Shown here piece by piece: positions 18,288 through 28,377 of a stretch of 64,000 nucleotides of DNA; positions within the stretch are counted from its first letter, which is position 1, and each line of letters opens with the position of its first letter. A program made the position numbers and the translations under genes. Location of the stretch: the IMG/VR virus record IMGVR_UViG_3300028608_000013; one strand, written 5' to 3'. The stretch is from an uncultured virus (IMG/VR IMGVR_UViG_3300028608_000013). Lineage: Duplodnaviria; Heunggongvirae; Uroviricota; Caudoviricetes. The notes beneath the pieces are model-generated. The model worked only from the letters and a program-made list of their open reading frames with translations. It had not been told where the DNA came from and did no database searches.

Positions 18288-18698
18288 TTACAGCTTTTTA
18301 GCGAGCTTCTTGGCCTTGCGGTTGAAACTATCCAGAGAATTGCTCAGGGTAACCGCTGGATGCACTACGTTGTGTTTGGCGTACAGCATGCATTCAGCCA
18401 CAAGACGCCCGAATGCCGGCATTGGATCTGGGGCAGGAATACCCGAGATGCGAACACGTGGATCCAGCAGCTCGTTAAGCACAGCAAGACGAGCCTGTGT
18501 TTGAGGGGGGAGGATGTCTCTCACACCACGTGTGTCCAAAGCCAAGCCAGGAATGTAAGCACCTGACTCATTCTGAAGTTCCGTGTGAAACTGTTCCGGC
18601 GTTTCGGCACTGAATCCAGGTTGCACATTTACCCACTCCCGCATCTGCGGAGTAGATGTACGAAGTTGACCGGTGCCTTCGAGGTTACGATTAGACAT
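18288..18698 (-). CDS. Hypothetical protein
   Basis: 136 aa; operon packing. Confidence 0.6.
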   Translation of the reverse strand: MSNRNLEGTGQLRTSTPQMREWVNVQPGFSAETPEQFHTELQNESGAYIPGLALDTRGVRDILPPQTQARLAVLNELLDPRVRISGIPAPDPMPAFGRLVAECMLYAKHNVVHPAVTLSNSLDSFNRKAKKLAKKL

Positions 18699-18702
18699 GA
18701 CT

Positions 18703-18969
18703 TTATCCTTCTGGAAACATGAGCATGAGTTTACCGTAAGGGTTACGCGACTTGTGTTCTTTAGGAGGTTGTACGACCTTTGGTGTAAGGCCTTCCTGTA
18801 TTAGTCGCTTACCCTTATTGAGTGCAACATTACCTGATACCCCGTGTTTAGCGCGGTACCAGATTATCCATGCAGGGTTTACTTTACCCTTTACTTCAAG
18901 AGCGGGTTCCCCACGACTCAAGATACCTTCAATGTGAGCAATGTGGTTCTTCTTAGCTTCGCTCATCAT
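18703..18969 (-). CDS. Small basic hypothetical protein
   Basis: 88 aa; AAGGAG RBS. Confidence 0.6.
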   Translation of the reverse strand: MMSEAKKNHIAHIEGILSRGEPALEVKGKVNPAWIIWYRAKHGVSGNVALNKGKRLIQEGLTPKVVQPPKEHKSRNPYGKLMLMFPEG

Positions 18970-18986
18970 GGGGACACACTCCTTGT

Positions 18987-19739
18987 TTAAACGCAGAAGT
19001 ACAGTGAGGTGGCTGTCTTCTTGTTGGTGGCTACGAGAATGTAGCGGTTAGTGGTGAACTTCTGGTCCTCGTAATATGAAAGCTCGAAGTCGCTAACCGG
19101 CTCGGCCTTCTTGGCACGACGCCACAGCCCTTTGTTGTTGAGCATGTCACGCGAGATGATTACGCCGAAAGGACTGCCGCCGGAACGATATGCCCCAGTG
19201 AATTCATTTACAGCGCGTTGTGCGTCGAGTGGCAACGCATAACCCAGATACTTCGTTTGCTTCTTGTCAGCGTCCCATTCCGCACGCAACGCATGGACGT
19301 TAGTGAAGGTCGTGTGGATGAACGTCTCACGACCGGTAGGTAGCAGCTTCAGCACCTCGTGGAATGACGAGATGATGGTTGTCATGGCCGTGATGTCAGC
19401 CATGGTTCGGTTCTCGTAGTACAGGCGCTCGAACGGGTTGAGCGTGGCTACGCCGGTCCTGATGACGTCGTGGAACTCAACCTGAGGATAGACCTCAATA
19501 AGCGATTGCATCGCCGCAGGGTCGTTCACAGCCTCTTTGAGCTTGTCTGCCAGACGCTCGCCACCGGTAGTTTCCAGCATCAGGTTGCAGAGCGCCTTCA
19601 GCTCCTCGATTTCGTACTTCGGCTTCTGCGACAGTTGCACGCCGGCCATGAGGATCCGTTCGGTAGGCGTCAGCTCACGAGCCTTGTTGGTACGAACAGC
19701 ATTAACACGACGTGCTTCTTGCAAAGTTACAAAGTTCAT
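18987..19739 (-). CDS. Hypothetical early protein
   Basis: 250 aa; directly downstream of a promoter motif. Confidence 0.7.
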   Translation of the reverse strand: MNFVTLQEARRVNAVRTNKARELTPTERILMAGVQLSQKPKYEIEELKALCNLMLETTGGERLADKLKEAVNDPAAMQSLIEVYPQVEFHDVIRTGVATLNPFERLYYENRTMADITAMTTIISSFHEVLKLLPTGRETFIHTTFTNVHALRAEWDADKKQTKYLGYALPLDAQRAVNEFTGAYRSGGSPFGVIISRDMLNNKGLWRRAKKAEPVSDFELSYYEDQKFTTNRYILVATNKKTATSLYFCV

Positions 19740-19780
19740 AAAACGGCCCTTACTTAAAAATGTGCGTTATATTGCATGAG

Positions 19781-19814
19781 GATAATGTAGACTTGAGACA
19801 CGCTATAACTTAAT
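19781..19814 (-). promoter_or_regulatory. Phage early-type promoter
   Basis: ATTAAGTTA-N8-CTCA-AGT-CTACATTATC on the minus strand. Confidence 0.7.
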
Positions 19815-19818
19815 CGCG

Positions 19819-20139
19819 TTAAAGGTGTTTGTTGCTATCGTAGACCACATAATGCTCGAAGTCTTTTTCGGTTAACGTTCCCGATTTTCTGAGTTCCTCA
19901 CAACGAGCTGCTTCGAAAGCTTCCAGTTCCTTGTGAGCGTTGGCGTGCCAGTTAACGGGATCAGCAATCCAGTGACCCAGGAGGTAGTAAACACCGCAGG
20001 CATGCTCGACTTCAAACTTGGGGTAAACGTCAACACCCCTTTCCTGAAGTAGCCACTTCACGAGCTTAAACGGGTGGTCTGTGCGACTCTGCATAATCTC
20101 ATAAAAGCCATCGTCATAAGGAGGTAGTTTAGTTTCCAC
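19819..20139 (-). CDS. Hypothetical protein
   Basis: GTG start with GGAGGT RBS. Confidence 0.6.
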   Translation of the reverse strand: METKLPPYDDGFYEIMQSRTDHPFKLVKWLLQERGVDVYPKFEVEHACGVYYLLGHWIADPVNWHANAHKELEAFEAARCEELRKSGTLTEKDFEHYVVYDSNKHL

Positions 20140-20150
20140 GAAACACCTCC

Positions 20151-20717
20151 CTAAGCATGAATGAAACCGTTAGGGGCGGGTGCTTCGTAGAAAGGATCTA
20201 CCAGCTGTCCTGAACGCTCTACGTAGGCTTTGCGTGCAAGAGTAAGGGCGTAGCCGCCTTTTTCATCTTCGTTGATCTCGTCGGTGCTCAGCAGTCTATC
20301 CCGATAGAGGTTCAATGCACTGTTAGCATGCACCCATTGTTCAGGTGTAAGGGTGTGGTAAAGACCACCGTGATCCTGAGGATTCCAATCGACCGTCGAC
20401 ACGTTGTTAATCAACCACTCGCCAACATTTTCGTAGGACAGGTCCAAGTGACGGATCTGTCCGTTCTCGAAGAACAGCACGCCCATGTTGGTATCCAGGT
20501 AGCCGGTCCAGTTAGCCAGTTCTTTCTGGTAGGCTTCTTTCTGGCTGAGGCACAGCGGGAACCCGTGCCAGACGTCATCCCGGATCTTACCGTCAGCACC
20601 GATGTTGATGCTACCGATCCCGATATCCCAACGCACCTGAGTGCTCATGCCCGGAACAATCTTTGTACCGTCCTGTTCCAGACCATCAGGAAAACGAATA
20701 TCAGTAATCCAGCCCAT
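20151..20717 (-). CDS. Hypothetical protein
   Basis: 188 aa; AAGGAG RBS. Confidence 0.65.
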   Translation of the reverse strand: MGWITDIRFPDGLEQDGTKIVPGMSTQVRWDIGIGSINIGADGKIRDDVWHGFPLCLSQKEAYQKELANWTGYLDTNMGVLFFENGQIRHLDLSYENVGEWLINNVSTVDWNPQDHGGLYHTLTPEQWVHANSALNLYRDRLLSTDEINEDEKGGYALTLARKAYVERSGQLVDPFYEAPAPNGFIHA

Positions 20718-20727
20718 GTCCTACTCC

Positions 20728-20895
20728 TTAGTAACTACGTTTGCGACCCTTTTTGGCCTTTTGTGGATAAGTTTGTCTGCGCAACGCGATGCCCTCAACC
20801 TGCTTCTCCATCAAGCTATGTTTCAGGGCATCGACGTGCAGTGCGGCTGTTACCATCCCTAGCAGAAGAATCTGCCTCTTGATTTTCTGCTCCAT
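20728..20895 (-). CDS. Small basic protein, 55 aa
   Basis: MEQKIKRQ start with AGGTG RBS. Confidence 0.5.
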   Translation of the reverse strand: MEQKIKRQILLLGMVTAALHVDALKHSLMEKQVEGIALRRQTYPQKAKKGRKRSY

Positions 20896-20906
20896 GCTGC
20901 ACCTAG

Positions 20907-21032
20907 TTAGAAAATGTTCAGCCAACGCAACCAGTCGGCTATATACATGACCCCGCCAATGACACCATAAATGATTGCCAGCACCAGCAGGAACCCCATG
21001 AGGAAACTGCCAAATTTCTCGAGTGCTTTCAT
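20907..21032 (-). CDS. Small single-TM peptide, 41 aa (not in the ORF track)
   Basis: MKALEKFGSFLMGFLLVLAIIYGVIGGVMYIADWLRWLNIF; TAATG-coupled to the upstream ORF. Confidence 0.55.
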   Translation of the reverse strand: MKALEKFGSFLMGFLLVLAIIYGVIGGVMYIADWLRWLNIF

Positions 21033-21190
21033 TAGAGGTACAGTCCTTTGTCTTCCTGAGCCTTTGCAGGGTCCAACAGAGGCACCGTGCGACGAGGGCG
21101 AGGTTTGGTACGGATACCGGGCGGTTTACGTGCCAGGCACCACATGGGGTCCGTAGGAAGCGGTATATCTTCTTTCTCAGCAGTATTCAT
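21032..21190 (-). CDS. Small Pro/Arg-rich protein, 52 aa (not in the ORF track)
   Basis: MNTAEKEDIPLPTDPMWCLARKPPG...; GGAGG RBS. Confidence 0.55.
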   Translation of the reverse strand: MNTAEKEDIPLPTDPMWCLARKPPGIRTKPRPRRTVPLLDPAKAQEDKGLYL

Positions 21191-21202
21191 AATCCCCCTC
21201 CC

Positions 21203-22156
21203 TTAAAGAACAGTTTTGGTAACACGAGTGATGCGGATTTCCATAGGGAAGAGAGGTTCCTCTTCACCACGGTAGTTGCGCCACTGATCTTCAGTACCGA
21301 CCTGCCACTGCACCCCAACCTTACTTTCAGCGCTAGGGAAGAGAGTTTCAACAACCCGACGAGCACAAGCGTTGATACAGGAGCCTTCGGTTTGATTGGA
21401 GTTAACCTTTGCATACCACTCCAGCCACACCTTGTTCAAGATACGAATAGTGCGAGTACCAAAGGTGCGTACTTCGAAAGATTCCGGTTCTGGAGGGCTG
21501 CCAGTACGATAACCGGGAACTTTGGCCTTGAGGTGATCGAAGTGAGACTGGTTGTCCTTGATAAAGGTTTCGATATCCTTGGTGCCGAAGTCGCCAATAC
21601 CCAGGTTGCCCTCGAATAGTCTCAGACGAGTCAACATGAAGCTGATCCGTTCAGAAGCAGCGCGCAGGTTAATGACAGTGCGCTCATCCAGACCTAGCTT
21701 CTCTGCGTTGTGGCATACGAAGCTTTCAATGACGTTGGCAATACCTTCGGTTGGGGTATCCGGGTGAAGCAGCTCACGCCAGGTCACCGGATCGCGATCA
21801 TGGATCCAACCCAGGTAGTTTTCATCAAGTGGTGGTCGTTCTGCATCAAACGGTGTACGTTCCAGCACATGTTTGAGGTATGCGTTGTCAAACACCTCGT
21901 AACTGAAACGCTTTTCGTAGGCCTCCAAACGCACGCTCATGTAGTTGAAGCGTTCGACCAGGGTTCTGATGTCGAAGGTCAGTGCCGCCGGAAGACGCTT
22001 GCTGGACAAGATCTTCAGCCACTCATCCCCCACCATATTTGGAAGCTCTTTGTCGAACAGGGTTTCCATCATTTCGTGATGCTTTTGACGAGCAGCACGT
22101 TCTGCTTCAGCGGTAACAGATTCAACAGCGGCGGTGTTATCAGTATTCAGAGTCAT
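21203..22156 (-). CDS. Hypothetical protein
   Basis: ATG 22156 with AAGGAG RBS. Confidence 0.65.
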   Translation of the reverse strand: MTLNTDNTAAVESVTAEAERAARQKHHEMMETLFDKELPNMVGDEWLKILSSKRLPAALTFDIRTLVERFNYMSVRLEAYEKRFSYEVFDNAYLKHVLERTPFDAERPPLDENYLGWIHDRDPVTWRELLHPDTPTEGIANVIESFVCHNAEKLGLDERTVINLRAASERISFMLTRLRLFEGNLGIGDFGTKDIETFIKDNQSHFDHLKAKVPGYRTGSPPEPESFEVRTFGTRTIRILNKVWLEWYAKVNSNQTEGSCINACARRVVETLFPSAESKVGVQWQVGTEDQWRNYRGEEEPLFPMEIRITRVTKTVL

Positions 22157-22158
22157 GG

Positions 22159-22674
22159 TTATTTCTCCTTGGGAAACTTCATTGTGCGAAAGTAGCCGCT
22201 GAACCCGAAGATTGGGAACAGCAGGACCTTGCCGGTAAATTTGGTGAAACCGTACGCTTCCATCCATGAAGTCACTGCTGACTCCATGATTTCAATCTCT
22301 TGCTCTTCTGACCAACGGTCTTCAAGCTTCAACCATTTAGCCAGTGCCTTGACCTCAACCGGATAGAGTGTATCCGTCCACTTATCCTTGATCATCCCGT
22401 GGAAGCCTTGTTCAATGAACTCCGGGATAATCGCAGAATAGTCGTCGTGCTGCTTGAAGCATTCCATCAAGTACTTCAACGGCTCTCTGGTGCGCAAGAC
22501 AGATTTCAGAACACCCTCTACCAGGTATTCCGACCACTCACCAGAGTTGATCATGCGAGTCGCCAACTTCTGTAGCTTCTTGGGGTTGGTGGTCCAGTTG
22601 TTACGGAAATGGTCCAGTATCACCTTTTCTTCTTTAAAGGGATCTTTGTATTCCCCCTCAGCAATCTTTTCCAT
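22159..22674 (-). CDS. Hypothetical protein, TTNPKKL paralog family (1 of 3)
   Basis: NNWTTNPKKL / HGMI / FGFSG motifs. Confidence 0.75.
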   Translation of the reverse strand: MEKIAEGEYKDPFKEEKVILDHFRNNWTTNPKKLQKLATRMINSGEWSEYLVEGVLKSVLRTREPLKYLMECFKQHDDYSAIIPEFIEQGFHGMIKDKWTDTLYPVEVKALAKWLKLEDRWSEEQEIEIMESAVTSWMEAYGFTKFTGKVLLFPIFGFSGYFRTMKFPKEK

Positions 22675-23278
22675 CAGTGTTCTCTTCTAAATTTAGCAGC
22701 CGTTCAAGTTCACGGTTATCCCGTTCCTTGTCTTCCTTAGCCCAGACCGCAGACAATTCATCCCACGTCTTATCCTTGAAGCGATAAGGTGCGTGATAAG
22801 GAATCCCGGTAAAGCCGAACTGTGGGAAGAGTGACACCCGCCCGTTAAAGCTACGACGGCGGGTCTTGGCCATCCAGTGCAGTAGTGCCTTATCGATAAT
22901 GTCGCTTTCGTCCTCACTCGACCATTTACCGTCTTTGTTTGGATTGAGCCACTTCTCGTTGGTATCCAAGGCGATACCGTAGATGTTGGAACCCTCGATA
23001 ATCATGCCGTGGTTACCCTCGGCAATCAGACCAGCCATGATCCCCGGATACGCAGCCAGATCCTTGAATGCCATCTCCAACAGCTTGGCGGGATCGGTAG
23101 AGCGTTCCAGGGCATCACAGAGACTTGCCTGGATCCAGTCGGGCAGACTAGGTCGTACCCGAACACTCATCTTCTTCAGCTTCTTGGGATTGGTCGTGAA
23201 GTTCTCCTTGAACCAACCCAAGATGTGCAGCTCTTGTTCGAATGCTGGGAGTGAGCCATCAAACACGTAGTCTTTCAT
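22658..23278 (-). CDS. Hypothetical protein, TTNPKKL paralog family (2 of 3)
   Basis: ENFTTNPKKL / HGMI / FGFTG motifs. Confidence 0.75.
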   Translation of the reverse strand: MKDYVFDGSLPAFEQELHILGWFKENFTTNPKKLKKMSVRVRPSLPDWIQASLCDALERSTDPAKLLEMAFKDLAAYPGIMAGLIAEGNHGMIIEGSNIYGIALDTNEKWLNPNKDGKWSSEDESDIIDKALLHWMAKTRRRSFNGRVSLFPQFGFTGIPYHAPYRFKDKTWDELSAVWAKEDKERDNRELERLLNLEENTDGKDC

Positions 23279-23284
23279 TGCAAC

Positions 23285-24310
23285 CTACCCGTAATACGAA
23301 ATTTCTTCACGAACGCCTTTATCAAGGCAATACACAACAATGTCCAGGAACTGATTCAACTGGTCACGACCGAATACGAATTGGTCGCTGAAGAAGACGT
23401 TAAACGACCACGAGATATCCCGCTCGGTGTCGTTACGCGCTTTCAGCGTACCAGGGTCCTTGAAGTACCTGATGAATCCCATCGGTCGCATATTGGGGGC
23501 GGTGGTAACGACTTCCAACAACAGCATTACCTGTTCGTGGTAGAAGACTTCCGTTACCAACAGCTTAAACAGATCATCCGCCTCCCAACCGATTGTAACC
23601 TCAAGACCGCTCAAACGTGTCCCACCGGAACGTTCTTTGAAGTCGCCAAAATACTTCGTCAGCTTCTCGAGGTTATCACACATCTTCACCTCTGATGTGT
23701 AAAGTCGGTATTCCCGCGGTTCTGCATCCCTGGAATACCACGAACGGATCGTGTCGTGGAAGTCACGGTAGTTGTTATCAGCGGGACCCACTTCAGCCCG
23801 TGCGTTGGCCTTACGCAGTTTGTACCGTCGCGCAGGTTCCTCAACCTGAGACTTGGTTAAAAAAGGGAGGCCACCCCACGACTCCAGAAATTTCGCCGCC
23901 AGGGAGTCAGTGGTGTCGGTCTCCACTACAGTGTGGGTAACCAGAGGTGGTGGGGTATCCAGCCCAAGCGCGGCAAATGTCATAGCCGAGGTAAGTCCCT
24001 CCAAAGACACCGGGCTGTTTGCCACAACAACCTGGAAGGGTTGCGCTCCTACCCACAACGGTTGATCCATGATCTGCTTGGTTACCAGCTCCAGCAACTC
24101 TGGATTGACAGCTGCCAGCGCTTCAGGTGGAAGTGCGTGGGTTATCATGGGATACTCACGCATAATCTCAAGAAGAGGATTACGTGGGATATAAACCCCG
24201 CCATCAGGCTTAACAGCAACCCGAGGGAGATTGCGGCGACGTTGTTCTTCGCGCTCACGGAGAATAAGCGCACCCTTGGGACTTACCCCGAATGTTCTTT
24301 TCTTAGCCAC
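23285..24310 (-). CDS. Hypothetical protein
   Basis: 341 aa; GTG start with AGGAG RBS. Confidence 0.65.
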   Translation of the reverse strand: MAKKRTFGVSPKGALILREREEQRRRNLPRVAVKPDGGVYIPRNPLLEIMREYPMITHALPPEALAAVNPELLELVTKQIMDQPLWVGAQPFQVVVANSPVSLEGLTSAMTFAALGLDTPPPLVTHTVVETDTTDSLAAKFLESWGGLPFLTKSQVEEPARRYKLRKANARAEVGPADNNYRDFHDTIRSWYSRDAEPREYRLYTSEVKMCDNLEKLTKYFGDFKERSGGTRLSGLEVTIGWEADDLFKLLVTEVFYHEQVMLLLEVVTTAPNMRPMGFIRYFKDPGTLKARNDTERDISWSFNVFFSDQFVFGRDQLNQFLDIVVYCLDKGVREEISYYG

Positions 24311-24323
24311 GACTTTCTCCTAA

Positions 24324-25073
24324 TTAGAAACCAGCCCAGAACGTATGAAGCAGCGCAGTCAACTGTTTTTGGTCGAACCCTTCATAGCCGGTGAATTCGC
24401 CGACCACTTCACCACCCTTCTGCTTAATAGTAACCAGCTTGTAGGTGATGTTCGGGTTCTTCTCGTGTACTCGCACGATAACAATTGACTCGCTCACAGG
24501 ACCCGGTAACAGTAGATACGGAACCGCCACAGTTTCGGGACCGACCTTGTAACGCCAGATGGGGTAGCCAATGCCCGGCAACTCCATAATGTCCTTCCAC
24601 CAGCGATCGTGCCAGTATGTTTGATTATCCAGGGTTAGACCGCCGAGATCACGCTCATGTTCGGCAACAAGTACCGCAGACTCCGGAGACATGTTGTTGT
24701 CTCTAGCGTATTGCAGTACCCAGCGCAAACTGATCTGACGGGTGTCGCCGATAAACATGGCAGGTGCTGGATCGAAGACCGGATAGTCAGGCGACTTCAG
24801 TTCTTCACGCAACCGCACGATAAGTCCGATACCCATTGACGCAGGGTCATGTGTAGCAAACCACGATGGTGGGCAGTGAGTAATCGGCTTGCCAGGGTTT
24901 TTCTCCCTCCAGCTTGCGAAGTAGGCGGCCTGCTGCTTTCTGTCGAACCAGCGAGGCCAACCCCATTGATCATCGTTATAGCTCGCGCTACCGTGCTCAC
25001 GAACATTAACAGAAGAGCTGAAGACACTTGGCTCGTCTTCAGCTGGAATGTAGAACTGTTGTACTTCAGACAT
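24324..25073 (-). CDS. Hypothetical Trp-rich protein
   Basis: 249 aa; operon packing. Confidence 0.65.
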   Translation of the reverse strand: MSEVQQFYIPAEDEPSVFSSSVNVREHGSASYNDDQWGWPRWFDRKQQAAYFASWREKNPGKPITHCPPSWFATHDPASMGIGLIVRLREELKSPDYPVFDPAPAMFIGDTRQISLRWVLQYARDNNMSPESAVLVAEHERDLGGLTLDNQTYWHDRWWKDIMELPGIGYPIWRYKVGPETVAVPYLLLPGPVSESIVIVRVHEKNPNITYKLVTIKQKGGEVVGEFTGYEGFDQKQLTALLHTFWAGF

Positions 25074-25425
25074 CTTTCATTCCCTTATCAAGGTGGTCTG
25101 CAAACTTGCCCCAGAGTTCTTCACGCAGAGGGCGGTCGCTTAGTGGGTTCTTCCAATGAACGAACCGGTTACGTTGCATCTGATACTGAACATCAGACGG
25201 TTCGAAGTTGGTCATGAGCATTTCAATAGTAGGCGTGGTGAGGTTAACCTCGATCAGCGCCAGTACACCATGTTTGGGATCATCAGGGTCGGTAATACCC
25301 ACTGTAGCAAACCCCTCCGCCGACACAATTGGTACGGGCCTAACTACAAACTGCTTGCCCGAATCAAGCGTGAGGGGAATATCTACAGCCAGACGGTCTA
25401 ATAATGATTCGTTCATTGGAGTCAC
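25066..25425 (-). CDS. Hypothetical protein
   Basis: About 119 aa; operon packing. Confidence 0.6.
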   Translation of the reverse strand: MTPMNESLLDRLAVDIPLTLDSGKQFVVRPVPIVSAEGFATVGITDPDDPKHGVLALIEVNLTTPTIEMLMTNFEPSDVQYQMQRNRFVHWKNPLSDRPLREELWGKFADHLDKGMKDV

Positions 25426-25426
25426 C

Positions 25427-26113
25427 TCAATTGTCGTTGTATTTGATCCTTACCAAACGGGGATCGTTTTGATCAGGCCGAGCAGTTACTCGCCAACGAG
25501 ACTTCTCGCTGAATTCCAGTTCAATAACCTTTTTAGCACCAGCCTTCCACGCTTCATCCAGGGCTACGTCATACTTCTCCGCATACCAGGCCAACCACGT
25601 AGCGCACAACATACGACGGTTACCAGGCTCATGGAAAGCAGGCTCTGGATCTTCACGCCCACAAGTTGGACAGAGAGCGGGATTCAGGAGAACATTGCCA
25701 TAGCGATCCCTGGAGCCGTGCTCATTCCCAATAGCAGTCGGGACACTACGGCCAAAGCTAAACCCCTCAAACATTCTAGCGAGACTCTTAATCTGGTCGC
25801 GATCCACCGTCCCGTCAACAGCGTGAGATACGGTAGGTTTCCTACGATCAAAGGAGCCGCTGAACTCAAAAGCATCATCCGTCCTGGGTGTATAAAACGA
25901 TTGCGGTAACCGGCGATTAGCCAGGTCTTTCATTGAAACAAATTCAGGACTCATTACCAGGAACTCATCGTAACCTGGGGTGAGGCCGTGTTTGAAGTCT
26001 GCGGTAATGAAGCAATGACCTTGGTCGCTGTCCATCCGCTGTAGCCCTTCAGGATTCAACCCTGCTTTAACACAAAGAAGCTTGGCTCGTTCGAGCGCAC
26101 GATCAGTTGTCAT
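25427..26113 (-). CDS. Hypothetical protein with a CPTC zinc-ribbon-like motif
   Basis: LCPTCG...H...C; AGGGGG RBS before ATG 26113. Confidence 0.6.
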   Translation of the reverse strand: MTTDRALERAKLLCVKAGLNPEGLQRMDSDQGHCFITADFKHGLTPGYDEFLVMSPEFVSMKDLANRRLPQSFYTPRTDDAFEFSGSFDRRKPTVSHAVDGTVDRDQIKSLARMFEGFSFGRSVPTAIGNEHGSRDRYGNVLLNPALCPTCGREDPEPAFHEPGNRRMLCATWLAWYAEKYDVALDEAWKAGAKKVIELEFSEKSRWRVTARPDQNDPRLVRIKYNDN

Positions 26114-26114
26114 A

Positions 26115-26471
26115 TTAACCCCCCTTTTCGAACTCTTCATCACGGTCTTGACGAGTCATTTCGTCGAGTACCAGGAACGCACGACCGCATTTGCAGTTGT
26201 GGTCAGTTTTAACGTTGAAACCATAAGCCGAGAACAAAACGGCACGACCACCAGCCAACGGTTGAATGCATTGCGACTTACCCTGCTCAGGCAGCTTAAC
26301 CCGACGCAAGGCATCAATAACACTTACACCAAACACACCATGGGTGTAGTCATCCAGGAGTTCCTCGATGGCCGCCATGACGTGTTCTTTATTCAGGTCT
26401 TTAAGCTTCTCGCCGATGGCATCGCCTACGATCTTGGCCACATCGTAGTTGTACTGTGGCTTGTCCGTCAC
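26115..26471 (-). CDS. Hypothetical protein
   Basis: 118 aa; coupled to the upstream gene. Confidence 0.6.
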   Translation of the reverse strand: MTDKPQYNYDVAKIVGDAIGEKLKDLNKEHVMAAIEELLDDYTHGVFGVSVIDALRRVKLPEQGKSQCIQPLAGGRAVLFSAYGFNVKTDHNCKCGRAFLVLDEMTRQDRDEEFEKGG

Positions 26472-26953
26472 AGATAAATCTCCCGGGCCATACCACTGAA
26501 ACCAAATTCATCGAACAAGGCAATCTTGCCGTGGAAGTGTTTAAGTCCCTGATCAGCCATCCATTGCTTCATGACTTCGTCCTGGATATCCGCTTCCTGA
26601 CCCAGGTCCCAGCGGTCACCCTCACGCAGCCATTTTGGATTGGCCTTGATCTCGATGCCGTAGATCACGTTCTTGCTATCGACAATCATGCCATGCGCAC
26701 CATCGGCGATCAGATCAGGAACGATCTGCTTCCACTCGGTCATCATCTGGAAAAACTCCCTCAACATATTTGCAGGGTTAGCCGCAGTGAGGATGTTTTC
26801 CAGCAAGCCTTTCTGAATGAACTCAGGTTGGTCGTCCCAAATACGCCTTGCCATTTTGCAAAGCTTCTTAGGATTAGTGGTGAAGTTATTTTTGAAATAC
26901 TCCAACACTTGGTTTTCTTGTTCGATTGGGGACAGGTTTGCTACGATTTCCAT
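26468..26953 (-). CDS. Hypothetical protein, TTNPKKL paralog family (3 of 3)
   Basis: NNFTTNPKKL / HGMI / FGFSG; start at 26953 or GTG 26962. Confidence 0.75.
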   Translation of the reverse strand: MEIVANLSPIEQENQVLEYFKNNFTTNPKKLCKMARRIWDDQPEFIQKGLLENILTAANPANMLREFFQMMTEWKQIVPDLIADGAHGMIVDSKNVIYGIEIKANPKWLREGDRWDLGQEADIQDEVMKQWMADQGLKHFHGKIALFDEFGFSGMAREIYL

Positions 26954-27021
26954 TGGATCCACGATATCTTCTCTTATAAAGGGTTGTGGGTCGCAGGTAT
27001 TAGCTACGACCCGTATAGGGG

Positions 27022-28377
27022 TTAGTACATTGAACGCGGGTAGCCCATCATGCTGCTGCCGCCGAAACGAGTCCACGCGATTGGCGCAACGAACTGACCA
27101 TCTACAACGTCAGTGCGTGGATACAGGATCCAGTTGGTATACGTTTGATCGACTACCAGGCCTTTGCTCAAATTATCAGGACGACCTGTTTCCAGAGTCA
27201 CTTGCTCGACAGACAGTCTGCCAGGGAAAGGATTGGTCGTTAGCACGTTAGTCATTTGACCGAGCAATGCGTTAATGAACGCTTCACGGTTGTCCGGGTG
27301 CATGCTTACGCCGATCTGCTTGGTAACCGATTTACGGACACCTTCCGCAAAGTCTTGCAGCGAATTGAAATCGCTGAGGAGAAAGTGCAGTTGCAAACAC
27401 GGTACAGGGATCATCCCATGCCCACTGAACGCATTACCGTCACCCCAGATCGGAGGCATCTGATTGAACTGACCGCCGAAGCGTGGCCCGAACTGATTGG
27501 TAAAGACTGGCTGCCCGCCGCGATAGTCTGGAGGGCACAGGCGCGACTGAATCAGCTGGATTAACTCCAACCCCGCTGGAACTTGGACACGGTTACCAAA
27601 CTGCTGAAGCGGCAAGATCTGTGTCAGCGAGAAATGACCCAGGAGGTGTACGAGCATGTCGTTGGTAACATGTCCCCACGGATCACATTGTTCGCGTGAA
27701 CGCGAGTAATAAGACTCAGGGTTAAACGTGTAGTCAGGTTTTGGATCACCCAGAGTCACGCTCCATTTTGCAATACCGTCTTCCACAGCAGGCATTTCGA
27801 TAACCAGCGTGGCGTGATGACCACTGTGCTGACGACGGAGTGTTTCGAAACGATCGGAGATGTTGGCCAGCGTGTTTACCATCGACGCTTCAGTAACAGG
27901 CCATTCCTGAGATTCCCGCGCATGTTGCACAATGGCACACAGCGTGGCTCGTGCACCGGCGCCATGACCTTCAGCTTCATGGTCAAACACATCGTTCAAG
28001 TTGATTTTGAGCACGATGTCGTTCCCTGTTGCTGGTTCTGGGTCGTAGTACTTTTCAGCACCGTCTTCACGGCGTTTGAAGGCGATCGCATAGCCCTCAC
28101 CTGACCAGCAAGAACTGTACCCAAGATCACCAATGCCGGTGCTGTCCAGGATCAAGTCAACATCAACCTTGTTGCTACGCAGACGAGTCAGCACAGTGTC
28201 ATCTGAAACTACCGAACCAGCCGGCGTGGTAACACGAAGCAAGTGCGGTGCCATTCGATTTAGAATATCAATGGCATTACGCTCGTTGCGTACCTCACAG
28301 ATAGCTTTATACAGCTCTTGCTGGTTGTAAGTGGCAGCGTAGAGATCAAAGAACGGGAGCAGTGGAATAATTTTCAT
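27022..28377 (-). CDS. Hypothetical protein
   Basis: 451 aa; ATGA-coupled. Confidence 0.7.
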   Translation of the reverse strand: MKIIPLLPFFDLYAATYNQQELYKAICEVRNERNAIDILNRMAPHLLRVTTPAGSVVSDDTVLTRLRSNKVDVDLILDSTGIGDLGYSSCWSGEGYAIAFKRREDGAEKYYDPEPATGNDIVLKINLNDVFDHEAEGHGAGARATLCAIVQHARESQEWPVTEASMVNTLANISDRFETLRRQHSGHHATLVIEMPAVEDGIAKWSVTLGDPKPDYTFNPESYYSRSREQCDPWGHVTNDMLVHLLGHFSLTQILPLQQFGNRVQVPAGLELIQLIQSRLCPPDYRGGQPVFTNQFGPRFGGQFNQMPPIWGDGNAFSGHGMIPVPCLQLHFLLSDFNSLQDFAEGVRKSVTKQIGVSMHPDNREAFINALLGQMTNVLTTNPFPGRLSVEQVTLETGRPDNLSKGLVVDQTYTNWILYPRTDVVDGQFVAPIAWTRFGGSSMMGYPRSMY

